Of a stretch of DNA of 64,000 nt, positions 1 to 9,328 are shown piece after piece. Origin of the DNA: Nitrospinaceae bacterium (lineage in GTDB: Bacteria; Nitrospinota; Nitrospinia; Nitrospinales; Nitrospinaceae). Position 1 is the first letter of the stretch, and each line of letters starts with the position of its first letter. The stretch spans positions 2,400,001 through 2,464,000 of the forward strand of contig OZ245011.1 in assembly GCA_965223665.1 (NCBI GenBank), read 5' to 3'. Made by a program: the position numbers and the translations under genes. The notes beneath the pieces are model-generated. The model had not been told where the DNA came from. It saw nothing but the letters and a program-made list of their open reading frames with translations, and searched no databases.

Positions 1-323
1 GAATTGGACTTGAAATTGACCCATTTAAAGTTTGGTTCGCCAAACTAAAGGCTCGCTGGGCAGGAGTGGATGACCAGGTGACAATAATGCGAAAAAATAT
101 TTTTGATTATAATTTTGAAGAAGCAGATATTCTTTTTATATATTTGACTCATCAAGCAATAGACAAACTATTTCCAAAAATTCTGAATCAACTTAAACCC
201 GAAGTCAAAATTATTTGCTATCGATTTTGTCTTAGAGGCCTACAACCTGAAAAAGTCAACCAACAAAAAAATATTTTTCTTTACTCATTAAACAAAGGAG
301 GCAAACTCAACCAGTACACTTAA
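1..323 (+). CDS. Class I SAM-dependent methyltransferase, 5'-truncated by window edge
   Basis: Frame is open from base 3 (IGLEIDPFKVWFAKLKARWAGVDDQV...NIFDYNFEEADILFIYL). GxExD and D..ADxxFxYL segments are typical of small class I MTases. The track's GTG at 66 is internal. Confidence 0.7.
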   Translation, partial: IGLEIDPFKVWFAKLKARWAGVDDQVTIMRKNIFDYNFEEADILFIYLTHQAIDKLFPKILNQLKPEVKIICYRFCLRGLQPEKVNQQKNIFLYSLNKGGKLNQYT

Positions 324-2290
324 TTGGGAATTTTCTCAACAAATCCTTCCCAAACATATGCAATATTTCCATCTACCTTTACCTTAAGCCACGGTTTTTT
401 ATTTATTATTTTTTTAGTCGCCTCAATTAGTAGCAAACGTTTACCCTTTTTGACTTTGGTAACGACAGCAAATTTCATTGCAGGGCCTTTGCGTAAAGAA
501 AGATTGTCAATCCGCGTTCGCAAATACACTTCCTCTTTTAGGGATTCTATCTTCTGTGATTTCTGCTCAGTGGGTTGTATTTGATTATTATCACTGGGAG
601 TTTTATGGGTTGTATCATTAGCGATAGTTTTATTGTTAGTTGGATCTTGGTCATTTATTTGCCCTGATGCGGGCACAGCTTTTTCAGGAGGTTGGGATTT
701 TTTTGATTCCTTTTCGGAACCTAAGTCTGGAGACGCCTGCAATACCTTATCATTTTCAGCATCAGTAAATTCTAAGACTTTTGAATCCGCTGACTCTTTT
801 TCAGACAAGGCAGCTACTACTGTAGATTCGTCTTTAAATCTGATAAAAATTGGATTAGCAACCAACCTGTTTTTGGACTCTGTTTCAACCATTAATCTGT
901 AATAATGCAAACCCGATTTCTTAATATCATTATCGGTCCATTTCCAATTAACAGGAAGCTCACTGGAAAATTTCTGGATAATATTTCCATCACGGATAAG
1001 TTCAATAGAAGCATTTTCTTTTTTTCCAGAAATAGACCGAATTTTTATATTCACCTCCGGATAATCTTGAATGACCATTTCATCGCCTAAAGTAACACTT
1101 TGTCCCCCATTGGTTTCCTTCAAAATGAATTCATCCAGGGACAAACGATCCTTTGAAGATAAAGAGCTTTCAGAATACATTCTTCCTGATCGCATTGCAT
1201 CAACCACAGAAGCCTGATCTTTATTTCGAACTAAAATTACCGTTCGAACCTCACCAAGTTTAGATTCATCATCTTGCTCGCAATGAAAATCGCTTGACCC
1301 ATAACCCCAGACAGGCCATTTTCTTTTTCCTATCAAGTACAAGTTTAAAATTTGATCCCATTCCTTCGAAGGTTGGGTCAAAGAAATGGGATTTTTCCCT
1401 AAAGCTTGAAAACCCACATAGCCAGACGTTTGAAATAAATCTTCCGGATGTGGTTTTGTTTCCATTTTTAGAGATAAACCTTCTCCTTCCTTCTTTGGGG
1501 GATGCTCAAGGTGATTCCAGAAGGTCAGTGCACCCTTAGAGTTTGCATAATCAATCAACTCTTGATAAGGCATAGGGCCGGGATCTCCATTATATTGATC
1601 AAACAAAGAACTTCTAAAAGGATGATTATTGATTGCCAACAAGAAAGCAATCAAAGCCATGGTCAACGACAATTTGGGATACCTTTTGGAAAAAAATAAC
1701 AGAACTCCAATTAAACAAAGCAAAATATAAATAATAAACTTTGGAAAAAACTTTTCTGAATACTTACTCGAATAATTGCTATTTAAGGTAGGAATCTGTT
1801 CATAATCTAAGGGAGACGGCAATCCCACAACTAATATATGTTTTCCCCAATTATGGGCTAATAGGTTTTTGTCGAATAAACTTCCCGTCCAATAATAAAA
1901 AGGAGCACTTTCCACTCCGGGAATTAGAATCAATTCATCTGCCATCTCATTGTTAAGGTTTACCTCGGTTAAATATGCGGAAGCACTATTAAATAAAAGG
2001 GAAGGTAATTCCTCTTTCTTTTTTAAAATTCGTTCAAATGGCCAAACTCCATATTCAAGGGATTTTCGATCATGGTCTCCAAAGACCAATCCATCAAGCT
2101 CATATTCTCTCGCTATATTGGCAACCTCCTGTATGGAATGACATCCATCACTAAAACGAGTTTTAACATCTATAGCAAAATCTAATTGGATAAACTTAGC
2201 ATCAACGGGAGAATGTACTATTAAAACTATCCACAATGTAATTAAAACCCGTATCATCAATTTAGAATATTTAATTTTCCCAAAACCCAT
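320..2290 (-). CDS. Membrane-anchored PHP-like metallo-phosphoesterase with low-complexity linker and C-terminal SH3b domain
   Basis: N-terminal signal. PHP-like motifs (KTRFSDG, GDHD, GVE, WNH, GSSDFH), two internal hydrophobic helices, S/E/Q/T-rich linker, C-terminal LSLRKGP...W.KV....AYV SH3b pattern. Confidence 0.6.
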   Translation of the reverse strand: MGFGKIKYSKLMIRVLITLWIVLIVHSPVDAKFIQLDFAIDVKTRFSDGCHSIQEVANIAREYELDGLVFGDHDRKSLEYGVWPFERILKKKEELPSLLFNSASAYLTEVNLNNEMADELILIPGVESAPFYYWTGSLFDKNLLAHNWGKHILVVGLPSPLDYEQIPTLNSNYSSKYSEKFFPKFIIYILLCLIGVLLFFSKRYPKLSLTMALIAFLLAINNHPFRSSLFDQYNGDPGPMPYQELIDYANSKGALTFWNHLEHPPKKEGEGLSLKMETKPHPEDLFQTSGYVGFQALGKNPISLTQPSKEWDQILNLYLIGKRKWPVWGYGSSDFHCEQDDESKLGEVRTVILVRNKDQASVVDAMRSGRMYSESSLSSKDRLSLDEFILKETNGGQSVTLGDEMVIQDYPEVNIKIRSISGKKENASIELIRDGNIIQKFSSELPVNWKWTDNDIKKSGLHYYRLMVETESKNRLVANPIFIRFKDESTVVAALSEKESADSKVLEFTDAENDKVLQASPDLGSEKESKKSQPPEKAVPASGQINDQDPTNNKTIANDTTHKTPSDNNQIQPTEQKSQKIESLKEEVYLRTRIDNLSLRKGPAMKFAVVTKVKKGKRLLLIEATKKIINKKPWLKVKVDGNIAYVWEGFVEKIPN

Positions 2291-2600
2291 TCATTTCCTG
2301 TTTCATGATTGATAATTGATCTAAAAAAACGCCAAATATGATCCATAGATGGCCAGTAAGATGCGTTTTTGCTATTAAGTTATTATACGTTCGGAACCCA
2401 AGAAACGGAACCCAATTGCAAATAAAATCCCAATTTTTAGGGGTTTTATGGATTAGAAGCGGTTATCAATTATGGGCAACCTATGTTATACTTCCTTTAA
2501 AATAAAGGTTTTGACCGTTCGCCTTCCTGACAGCGAATATTGCAGTTCCCCAATCCCCAAAGAAAAAAAAGAAATACACCACTGCGAGGCTTATTAATTC

Positions 2601-3836
2601 ATGAATAATAAAATCCTGGTTGCAGATGACAGTATTACAATCCAAAAAATAGTAGCCATGGCTTTTGAAAAAGAAAACGTTACTGTAGAGGGAAAAAGTG
2701 ACGGGCAAACTGCTTTTGATTTTCTTGCAGAGTTTCAACCTAACATAGTATTAGCAGACATAGATATGCCTGAAATAAATGGGTTTGAGTTGAGCAAAAA
2801 AATCAAAGATTCGGAAGAACTAAGTTCCATTAAAGTATTGTTGTTAGCAAGTGACTTTGAAGACTTTGATGATAATCAATTTTCTGAATCGAAGGCGGAC
2901 GATTATATTTCAAAGCCTTTCAAATCTGACGATATCGTAAAAAAAGTGAAGACCTTACTCCCGGATTTCAACCAAAACCCTGAAGAAGAATCTCAACCCA
3001 TAGAATCTGCTGAAGCTCAAAGCAAATTAGAAATATCTGAGGAAAATCCTAAAACAAAAGAGACTCCTCACTCAAAAAAAAGCAGCAAAGTTCTAAAATT
3101 GGAACTTGAAAATATGTTAGCAGAAAGTAAGGAGATTTTAGAAAATGCAGTTGAAGAAATTGTAAACGATCCAGAAATTGATATTTCTTCCGGTGAAACT
3201 CCCAACGAGAATTTAATTAGTGAAACAGTTTCTCCTGCCGAGGAAGTTTTAGAAGAGGTCCAGGAAGAAATAGAGGCCTTGCAAAGTCATGATGTTGATC
3301 CCAAAATCTCGGATGATACCCTACTGGCTGAAGGGGGAAATCAAATAGAATCTGTTGATATTTTAAATAAAACATTTAATCAAATAATTGGAAAAGAAAA
3401 TGCCTCAATTTCATCCCATAATACCCCTGAGTCTTTGTCTGAGGAAGAGGACAAAATATCAGAGTCTTCCAACAATTTAGAAAATGGGGATATCTCTAAA
3501 CCCAGCCTTCTCCAAGAAACTCTTTCCTATATTTCTGAAGTTTCTGCCAATATCAATAATGCAGATAGTGCCTCTTCATCTCCTGAAATTTTAGCCCAAT
3601 CCCATGAAATCAATTCCCAAAATGAAAAGATTACCGAAGTAGTAAACGAATACTTCAGTAAAGCATTAAAAAAACGCCTGGATCCTTCCAACAAAGAGGA
3701 AATGGATGAGTTGTCCCAAAGTATTTTGCAAACCATTCGAGAAGTGGTAAAAGATATCGCTCCAGGGGTGATACGAACTATTGTTCAAGAAGAAATCGAT
3801 AACATAAAAAAAATGGAGTCCCCTAAAGACTCTTAA
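2601..3836 (+). CDS. Response regulator: receiver + acidic disordered linker + helical C-terminal domain (RomR-like)
   Basis: KILVADDS, LADIDMPEINGFEL, ISKPF receiver motifs. E/S/N-rich middle. C-terminal IREVVKDIAPGVIRTIVQEEIDNIKK helix. Confidence 0.8.
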   Translation: MNNKILVADDSITIQKIVAMAFEKENVTVEGKSDGQTAFDFLAEFQPNIVLADIDMPEINGFELSKKIKDSEELSSIKVLLLASDFEDFDDNQFSESKADDYISKPFKSDDIVKKVKTLLPDFNQNPEEESQPIESAEAQSKLEISEENPKTKETPHSKKSSKVLKLELENMLAESKEILENAVEEIVNDPEIDISSGETPNENLISETVSPAEEVLEEVQEEIEALQSHDVDPKISDDTLLAEGGNQIESVDILNKTFNQIIGKENASISSHNTPESLSEEEDKISESSNNLENGDISKPSLLQETLSYISEVSANINNADSASSSPEILAQSHEINSQNEKITEVVNEYFSKALKKRLDPSNKEEMDELSQSILQTIREVVKDIAPGVIRTIVQEEIDNIKKMESPKDS

Positions 3837-3855
3837 TTTTTTTCTTAATCATTCG

Positions 3856-3884
3856 TTGCATGTCTTGAAAGAATTGTTTAACCT
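3856..3884 (+). promoter_or_regulatory. Candidate sigma70 promoter of valS
   Basis: TTGCAT-N17-TAACCT, 42 nt before the valS ATG. Confidence 0.35.
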
Positions 3885-3926
3885 TCTACTTCCAAATTTT
3901 CCTATTAAACTTTCATTCACCATTCT

Positions 3927-6584
3927 ATGATCCAATTAGACAAACAATACCAACCTGAAGAGGTGGAATCAAAATGGATTCAATATTGGCAAAATCATAA
4001 ATTAGCACATGCTGACGAATCCCTGGACAAACCAACATTTTCTATGGCCATACCACCGCCCAATATTACAGGGTCTTTGCATATTGGCCATGCTTTTAAT
4101 AATACTTTGCAGGATATTTTAGCCCGTTGGAAGCGGATGCAGGGTTTTAACACCCTTTGGCAACCGGGAACTGACCATGCAGGAATTGCCACTCAAAATG
4201 TTGTAGAACGTCAGCTCCATGATGAGGGAACCACCCGTCATGATATCGGTCGCAAGGATTTTATTGATCGCGTGTGGAAATGGCGTAACGAATCTGGTGG
4301 AAGTATAAACAAACAGTTAGTGAAGTTGGGTGCATCTTTGGACTGGGAAAGAGACCGATTTACTATGGATGAAGGTTTATCGCGTGCAGTAAGAGAAGTA
4401 TTTGTTACCCTCTATGAAGAAGGATTGATTTATAAAGGAGATTATATTATCAATTGGTGTCCACGATGCCATACCGCTCTTTCAGACTTGGAAGTAGAGC
4501 ACCAGGAAAAAAAGGGAAACCTCTACCACATACGATATCCATTTAAAGACGGAAACGGTTTTATCATCATTGCCACCACGCGGCCTGAAACAATGTTGGG
4601 TGACACAGCAGTTGCGATAAACCCCACAGATGACCGTCATCAAGATAACTCAGGGAGAACGTTAGTACTTCCCTTATTAAACCGCGAACTTCCTATTATT
4701 GAAGACACCTATGTGGATACAACTTTCGGTACTGGCGCTTTAAAGGTAACTCCAGCCCATGACCCTAATGATTTTGAAATCGGCGTGCGCCATAAACTAC
4801 CCTCAATTAATGTGATGGATATTGACGCAAAAATGAATGAACAGGCAGGTCCTTATAAAGGACAAGACCGGTTTGAAGCAAGGGAATCCATATTAAAAGA
4901 TTTGAAAGAATCAAACCTCTTGGAAAAAATCGAAGATATCGTACACTCCGTAGGTCATTGTTATCGTTGTAAAACGGTAGTTGAGCCATACCTCTCTAAG
5001 CAATGGTTTGTTAAAACAAAACCACTTGCGGAACCAGCCATGGAAGCTGTAAGAAGTGGAGACATAAAAATTATCCCCAAGTTTTGGGAGAATACCTATT
5101 TTGAGTGGATGGAAAATATTCGAGATTGGTGTATTTCCCGGCAAATTTGGTGGGGACACCAAATTCCTGCATGGAATTGCTCTGCTTGTGAACAAATTAC
5201 AGTATCTAGAGAAACTCCCGAAGCTTGCTTTCATTGCAAAAATGAAAACTTGGTACAGGAAGAAGACGTTTTAGATACTTGGTTTAGCTCTGCCCTCTGG
5301 CCATTCTCTACTTTAGGGTGGCCTGATTCCACCGAATCTTTAAAAAAGTTTTACCCCACTACTGTTATGTGCACTGGGTTTGATATTCTGTTTTTCTGGG
5401 TAGCCCGAATGATAATGATGGGATTGAAATTTATGGATGACATTCCCTTTCGATATGTTTATATCCATGCTCTCATAAGAGATGCCGAAGGACAAAAGAT
5501 GAGTAAAACCAAAGGAAATGTAATCGATCCTTTGGTAATGATGAAAGAATACGGTACAGATGCACTTCGATTCACCCTGGCCGCATTTGCAGCTCAAGGT
5601 AGAGATATCAAATTGGCAGAGGATCGAATTGAGGGTTATAGAAATTTTTGCAATAAACTGTGGAATGCTTCCCGATTTGCTTTTATGAATCTCGAAGACT
5701 ATTCCGGGGATTGCCAACTAAGGGAAAGTAAAGATCGTAGCTTGGCGGATCATTGGATATTAAGCCGACTCAATGAAACCTGCAAGGAGGTTGATTCCGC
5801 ATTACAAAATTTTAAATTCAACGATGCCGCATCTAATATTTACAAATTTATTTGGAACGAATTCTGCGATTGGTATATTGAACTATCCAAATCTCGGTTG
5901 AATTCTGAAAACCTTTCCGAGCGACAAACAACACAGAATGTTTTGATCCATGTATTAGAAGCCAGCTTAAAATTATTGCATCCAATCATGCCATTCATTA
6001 CCGAAGAAATATGGCAAAAACTCCCACACGATAACTTAAGCATCATGGTTGCACCTTATCCCCAATTTGATCCAGGAAAGGCCAACTCAGAAGCAGAAAA
6101 CCAAATGAACAAAATAATGGGAGTAATCAATGTAGTTCGTAATATTCGTGGAGAAATGAACCTGAATCCAGGACTTCAAGTTCCACTTTATATTAAGACT
6201 ACAGAAACAGAAACGGAAAAAATTATATCAGCCCCCTCTTCTACTCAATATGTCAAAGAGTTAGCTCGGGTAAAGGATTTAGAAATAGGTCCCGACGTTG
6301 TTAAACCCAAAGTCTCTGCTTCTTCAGTTTTTGAATCAAATGATGTTCATATTCCTTTAGAAGGATTAATGGATTTTGAAGAAGAAAAAAAACGTGTAGA
6401 AAAAGAAATAAAAAAAATTGAAAAAGACATGGTATTCTTAGAGAAGAAACTAACCAACCCCAACTTTGTGGATAAAGCGCCTGCCGAGGTAATTGAGAAA
6501 GACCAACGGCGAAAACAAGACCTGTCAGAAAAGCACATCAAATTAAAGTCACATTTAGAGACTATAAAACAGGCAATTTCGTAA
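3927..6584 (+). CDS. valS: Valine--tRNA ligase
   Basis: PPPNITGSLHIGH (HIGH), DWCISRQIWWGH, KMSKT motifs. C-terminal coiled coil with NPNFVDKAP. Confidence 0.98.
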   Translation: MIQLDKQYQPEEVESKWIQYWQNHKLAHADESLDKPTFSMAIPPPNITGSLHIGHAFNNTLQDILARWKRMQGFNTLWQPGTDHAGIATQNVVERQLHDEGTTRHDIGRKDFIDRVWKWRNESGGSINKQLVKLGASLDWERDRFTMDEGLSRAVREVFVTLYEEGLIYKGDYIINWCPRCHTALSDLEVEHQEKKGNLYHIRYPFKDGNGFIIIATTRPETMLGDTAVAINPTDDRHQDNSGRTLVLPLLNRELPIIEDTYVDTTFGTGALKVTPAHDPNDFEIGVRHKLPSINVMDIDAKMNEQAGPYKGQDRFEARESILKDLKESNLLEKIEDIVHSVGHCYRCKTVVEPYLSKQWFVKTKPLAEPAMEAVRSGDIKIIPKFWENTYFEWMENIRDWCISRQIWWGHQIPAWNCSACEQITVSRETPEACFHCKNENLVQEEDVLDTWFSSALWPFSTLGWPDSTESLKKFYPTTVMCTGFDILFFWVARMIMMGLKFMDDIPFRYVYIHALIRDAEGQKMSKTKGNVIDPLVMMKEYGTDALRFTLAAFAAQGRDIKLAEDRIEGYRNFCNKLWNASRFAFMNLEDYSGDCQLRESKDRSLADHWILSRLNETCKEVDSALQNFKFNDAASNIYKFIWNEFCDWYIELSKSRLNSENLSERQTTQNVLIHVLEASLKLLHPIMPFITEEIWQKLPHDNLSIMVAPYPQFDPGKANSEAENQMNKIMGVINVVRNIRGEMNLNPGLQVPLYIKTTETETEKIISAPSSTQYVKELARVKDLEIGPDVVKPKVSASSVFESNDVHIPLEGLMDFEEEKKRVEKEIKKIEKDMVFLEKKLTNPNFVDKAPAEVIEKDQRRKQDLSEKHIKLKSHLETIKQAIS

Positions 6585-6639
6585 AGTTTTCCTCGGTTTA
6601 TTTAGGTTTAAATACATACAATAATTAATTCAAAAAACT

Positions 6640-8457
6640 ATGGACGCAACTTTTGAACTACCCTCACGTGAAAAAGTATCAAAAGAAGATACTTGGGATT
6701 TAACGGGATTGTACCCCAATGATGAAGCTTGGGAGAGTGATTTAATTTCTTTGGAAACTCAATTAAAAAGTTATGAAGATTTTCAAGGTACACTGGGAGA
6801 GTCTTCTCAAAAGCTAAAATCTTGCCTTGAGTTTGACATGGAGTTCTCACGTACCCTGGAAAGCGTTTATACCTACATTCACCTTAAAAATGATGAAGAC
6901 AAAACAAATTCTTTCTACCAGGGGCATTTTGAAAAAACCACTCAATTGCTTACTAACTATCAACAAGCGCGTAGTTACATAAATTCTGAATTAATGTCTA
7001 TCCCTGAAAAAACTATGCAGGCTTTTTTAGAAGACACAGAATTAAATTTCTTCAAACTTCATATAGAAAGACAATTGCGTTATCGCCCCTTTACTTTGTC
7101 GCAAAAAGAAGAATCACTACTAGCAGCCTCTTCTGAAATTGCGCGCATACCTCAAAACGTTTTTGGTATGTTGGATAATGCGGATCTCAAGCTAGGTTCC
7201 ATTAAAGATCCAAAAGGAAATCAGATCTCTATCACCCACGGAAATTTTCAAAGCCTTTTACAAAATCCTAACCGGGAAATTAGGAAAGATGCTTTTCATA
7301 CGTTTTATAAGGCTTATGAAAACCATCAGTTCACATACTCATCATTGTTGAATGGAAGCGTAAAAAAAGATGTTTTTTATTCCAAAACTCGTGGGTATAC
7401 CTCGGTCCGTGAAAAAGCTTTATTTTCTGAAAATATTCCTATTCAAGTTTATGACAATTTAATTAATGCAGTGCATGAAAATCTGGATCCCCTTTACAAA
7501 TATTTCAAGATTAGAAAACGGTTGTTGAATTTGGACGAACTTCATATTTATGACTGTAGTGTTCCTCTCGTTGAAAATGTAAATTGGAATATGTCTTATA
7601 ATGAAGCGGTAAAAAACATTGATGCCGCTCTTTCCCCTCTCGGGGAAGATTATGTGAATATCTTGAAAAAAGGACTTTTAGAAGATCGTTGGGTTGACCG
7701 ATATGAAAATAAAGGGAAAAGGAGTGGGGCATATTCCTCTGGCTGCTATGACTCCAATCCCTTTATCCTTATGAATTATCTGGACGACAACATAAATAGC
7801 GTGTACACTTTAGCTCATGAGGCTGGTCATTCAATGCATTCATATTATTCCAAAAAGACACAGCCTTACCTGTATGCAGACTATACGATATTTGTAGCTG
7901 AGGTTGCTTCAACTTTTAATGAGGCCCTCCTTACCCGGTTTTTCCTTAATGAAGACATTGACCGGGACATGAAAATTTACTTAGTTTGCCGTGAGATTGA
8001 TAACTTCCGGGGCACATTATATAGGCAAACTATGTTTGCGGAATTTGAACACCAAATTTATTCCGCCGCTGAAAAGGGAGATCCCCTTACCGTTGATTCA
8101 TTTAAAAATATTTATAAGCAATTACTGGAACTTTATTTTGGAAGGGATGTCCAATTAGACCCTTGTCTTGAGTTAGAATGTTTTCGCATCCCTCATTTCT
8201 ATTTTGGATTTTATGTTTATAAATATGCCACGGGTATTTCCGCTGCTTATGCTTTAGCGGATCGAGTTTGTTCCGGTGGTACAAAGGAATTGAGTGATTA
8301 CCTCAATTTTTTAAAATCAGGTGGCTCCAAATTCCCTATTGACCTTCTAAAAGATGCTGGTGTGGATTTAAGTTCTCCAGAACCCATCCAAACCGCCCTG
8401 AAGAAGTTTTCAAATTTAGTTAATGAATTAGAGAAGTTAACATCTACATCTCCATGA
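6640..8457 (+). CDS. pepF: Oligoendopeptidase F (M3B)
   Basis: TWDL N-terminus, KGKRSGAYS, TLAHEAGHSMHS zinc motif, FVAEVASTFNE, IPHFY..FYVYKYATG. Confidence 0.95.
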   Translation: MDATFELPSREKVSKEDTWDLTGLYPNDEAWESDLISLETQLKSYEDFQGTLGESSQKLKSCLEFDMEFSRTLESVYTYIHLKNDEDKTNSFYQGHFEKTTQLLTNYQQARSYINSELMSIPEKTMQAFLEDTELNFFKLHIERQLRYRPFTLSQKEESLLAASSEIARIPQNVFGMLDNADLKLGSIKDPKGNQISITHGNFQSLLQNPNREIRKDAFHTFYKAYENHQFTYSSLLNGSVKKDVFYSKTRGYTSVREKALFSENIPIQVYDNLINAVHENLDPLYKYFKIRKRLLNLDELHIYDCSVPLVENVNWNMSYNEAVKNIDAALSPLGEDYVNILKKGLLEDRWVDRYENKGKRSGAYSSGCYDSNPFILMNYLDDNINSVYTLAHEAGHSMHSYYSKKTQPYLYADYTIFVAEVASTFNEALLTRFFLNEDIDRDMKIYLVCREIDNFRGTLYRQTMFAEFEHQIYSAAEKGDPLTVDSFKNIYKQLLELYFGRDVQLDPCLELECFRIPHFYFGFYVYKYATGISAAYALADRVCSGGTKELSDYLNFLKSGGSKFPIDLLKDAGVDLSSPEPIQTALKKFSNLVNELEKLTSTSP

Positions 8458-8536
8458 TTTTACACTTTCATGCTATTCCGTTATTTTCTCTAAGGGTCAA
8501 CCATTATTGATAATCTCTCTATAAAGGACTGACATC

Positions 8537-9328
8537 TTGAGACGTACAAATTCAAACCAAAGGTCTCACAACCGCAACAATAACTCGCAAAGACAAAATA
8601 ACAAAAACGGCCGATCCTCAAATAATTCGAGAACCCGTAATCCCAATTCCTCCAGTTCGAAACAAGCGACTAAAATGTGGTTACAAGCTTCATCAAAAAC
8701 GCTCACTTCTCATATTCCCATGATTTCAAAAAATCAGTCCAAAGATGGTTCATCAAATAGAAAAACAGAACAAAACGGTGGAAAGTCAGGGGAGAACAAT
8801 CGATACAAACCCAAGAATAAATCCTATGGAGATAAACAACGATCAGACAAACAAAACAACCGCTCTTCCAACCGAAATCGTTTTCAAAGAAAACAAAATG
8901 ATAGAAGACCAAATGGCTACCATAAATCTAAAGTAGCAAAAAAACCACTTAAAAACGAAACAGGAAGTCGCTTAGTAGCAGACATAGAACCTTTTGAATT
9001 ATTCTGCGCATATCATCTTGGAATAAGCTCTGATAAACGGTACCGACCTGCAAATATAAATGAAGTAGCCAATCGATTCCGAGTAGACCCAGCCACTATT
9101 CGACAAGCTCTTAAAGATTACAAGATGGATTCCGCTTCACTTTTAGACCTTGATTTTGATATGGCTCTTGCTCAATTGGATATCCAGGTTGCTCCGGAAG
9201 GAGTTGACCGTTCTGAATTGGCTAAAAATCTTTATTCTGAATTTCTTGATGCCCCTCATGTAAAACGGGATTGGCATAAAATCCTGGAAGAAGACAGAAA
9301 AGAAAATCAGAAAATCTTTAAGGATTAG
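8537..9328 (+). CDS. Hypothetical protein with N/R/Q/S/K-rich disordered N-terminus and folded (possibly HTH) C-terminal domain
   Basis: TTG start preceded by AAAGGA. ~140 aa basic low-complexity region, then FELFCAYHLG...NINEVANRFRVDPATIRQAL. Confidence 0.75.
   Translation: MRRTNSNQRSHNRNNNSQRQNNKNGRSSNNSRTRNPNSSSSKQATKMWLQASSKTLTSHIPMISKNQSKDGSSNRKTEQNGGKSGENNRYKPKNKSYGDKQRSDKQNNRSSNRNRFQRKQNDRRPNGYHKSKVAKKPLKNETGSRLVADIEPFELFCAYHLGISSDKRYRPANINEVANRFRVDPATIRQALKDYKMDSASLLDLDFDMALAQLDIQVAPEGVDRSELAKNLYSEFLDAPHVKRDWHKILEEDRKENQKIFKD

Noticed and set aside
2350-2365. Sigma54 promoter (TGGCCAG-N4-ATGC)
   Set aside because: GG-N10-GC spacing fits but flanks deviate from TGGCACG/TTGC, and it is far from the start codon.
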